This document shows positions 63,121 through 64,000 of a stretch of DNA of 64,000 bases, piece by piece. Location of the stretch: positions 43,772,001 through 43,836,000 of the forward strand of contig NC_043004.1 of assembly GCF_006345805.1 (NCBI RefSeq). The letters run 5' to 3'. Position numbers and translations under genes: made by a program. Every line of letters begins with the position of its first letter. Within the stretch, counting starts at the first letter, position 1. The notes below the pieces were generated by a model, which was not told where the DNA came from, did no database searches, and saw only the letters and a program-made list of their open reading frames with translations. The stretch is from Octopus sinensis. Its lineage: Eukaryota.

Positions 63121-63637
63121 TAAATTATTAGAGAGTCATCCACTATGTGGATAACTCTAGTGCTAAAAATAGCTCCGAAGCAACCACAGAAGATCCGTTT
63201 CCAACTAGAATCAACACACATTTAACTGAAGGAAAGTGAAATACAACGAATAAAATAGATTGACTCTATGCAATTGTTTCATTACTAATGCAATATGTAG
63301 TTTTACTTACACTTGCATCTACACTTGGCGCGGAATTTGAGACATAACTAAAAATGTAATTGGTTGGACCGCTCGTGTTTTTGACGCCCGAATCGATCTC
63401 ATTAATTGCATTTCTGACAAACTCTACCGAAGATTTATAGATGCAAGTGTAAGTAAAACTACATATTGCATTAGTAATGAAACAATTGTATAGAGTCAAT
63501 CTATTTTATTCGTTGTATTTCACTTTCCTTCAGTTAAATGTGTGTTGATTCTAGTTGGAACGGATCTTCTGTGGTTGCTTCGGAGCTATTTTTAGCACTA
63601 GAGTTATCCACATAGTGGATGACTCTCTAATAATTTA
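63121..63637. repeat. Near-perfect head-to-head inverted repeat (201/200-bp arms, 116-bp spacer); each arm contains an 85-nt GT-AG intron-like segment
   Basis: Arms 63121-63321 and 63438-63637 differ by one substitution and one indel. GTAAGT at 63449 runs to TTTCACTTTCCTTCAG ending at 63533, mirrored at 63310-63226. Confidence 0.92.
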
Positions 63638-63801
63638 TATATATATATAATATATATATATATATATGGCCTGCTCGCTTAGCCAGCGGGGTGGCGTCAT
63701 TTGAAGGCTAAAACAATGCAAAGCGATTTGTGACCAGCGATGTGTAGCAACATCTGATAGCCTGGTCGGTCACGGTGTTCACAGTGATATATATATATAT
63801 A

Positions 63802-63950
63802 TAACGGGAAGCTTTATGAAAATAGACAAAAGACGAAGGCAGGTGGAAAACAAACAAACAATTGTATTAGTATGGCGCTCAGGAAATATAAATAAAACAA
63901 GTCTTTAACGTTTCGAGCCTACGCTCTTCAACAGAAAGATACACAGAGAG

Positions 63951-63955
<5 letters not shown>
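63802..63955 (-). mobile_element. Short non-coding element with a minimal hammerhead-like motif, between (TA)n tracts
   Basis: UCUUU-CUGUUGA-A-GAGC-GUAG-GCUC-GAA-AC-GU-U^AAAGA at 63939-63902. Same family as 47656-47846. Confidence 0.78.
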
Positions 63956-63985
<30 letters not shown>

Positions 63986-64000
63986 CATACATAATTAAAT

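Overview
AT-rich, microsatellite-dense animal genomic DNA. The repeat families resemble those of an octopod cephalopod (inference). I found no confidently identifiable host gene, and the window is almost entirely mobile-element derived. (1) Two nests of R4/Dong-clade non-LTR retrotransposons are stacked head-to-tail in (TAA)n microsatellites (670-9120 plus; ~29510-34735 minus). One copy is apparently full length, with an uninterrupted 1293-aa RT + CCHC + restriction-like endonuclease ORF (5029-8910). (2) Several short non-coding elements carry type I hammerhead ribozyme motifs and/or a short spliceosomal intron, mostly as head-to-head inverted pairs (37310-37668, 51801-52202, 56273-57474, 63121-63637) plus solo copies (47656-47846, 63802-63955). 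These look like non-autonomous Penelope-like pseudo-LTRs or retrozymes, and include a repeated non-canonical core (CUGUNGA). (3) The rest is many tRNA-derived SINEs of at least four families, decayed Tc1/mariner transposons (DD34D, DD37D, DD41D-like), RTE, CR1 and L1/Tx1 fragments, a Helitron-like element, and a GG-ended MITE with an 8-bp TSD. All alignments, translations and folds were done by eye and need computational confirmation.
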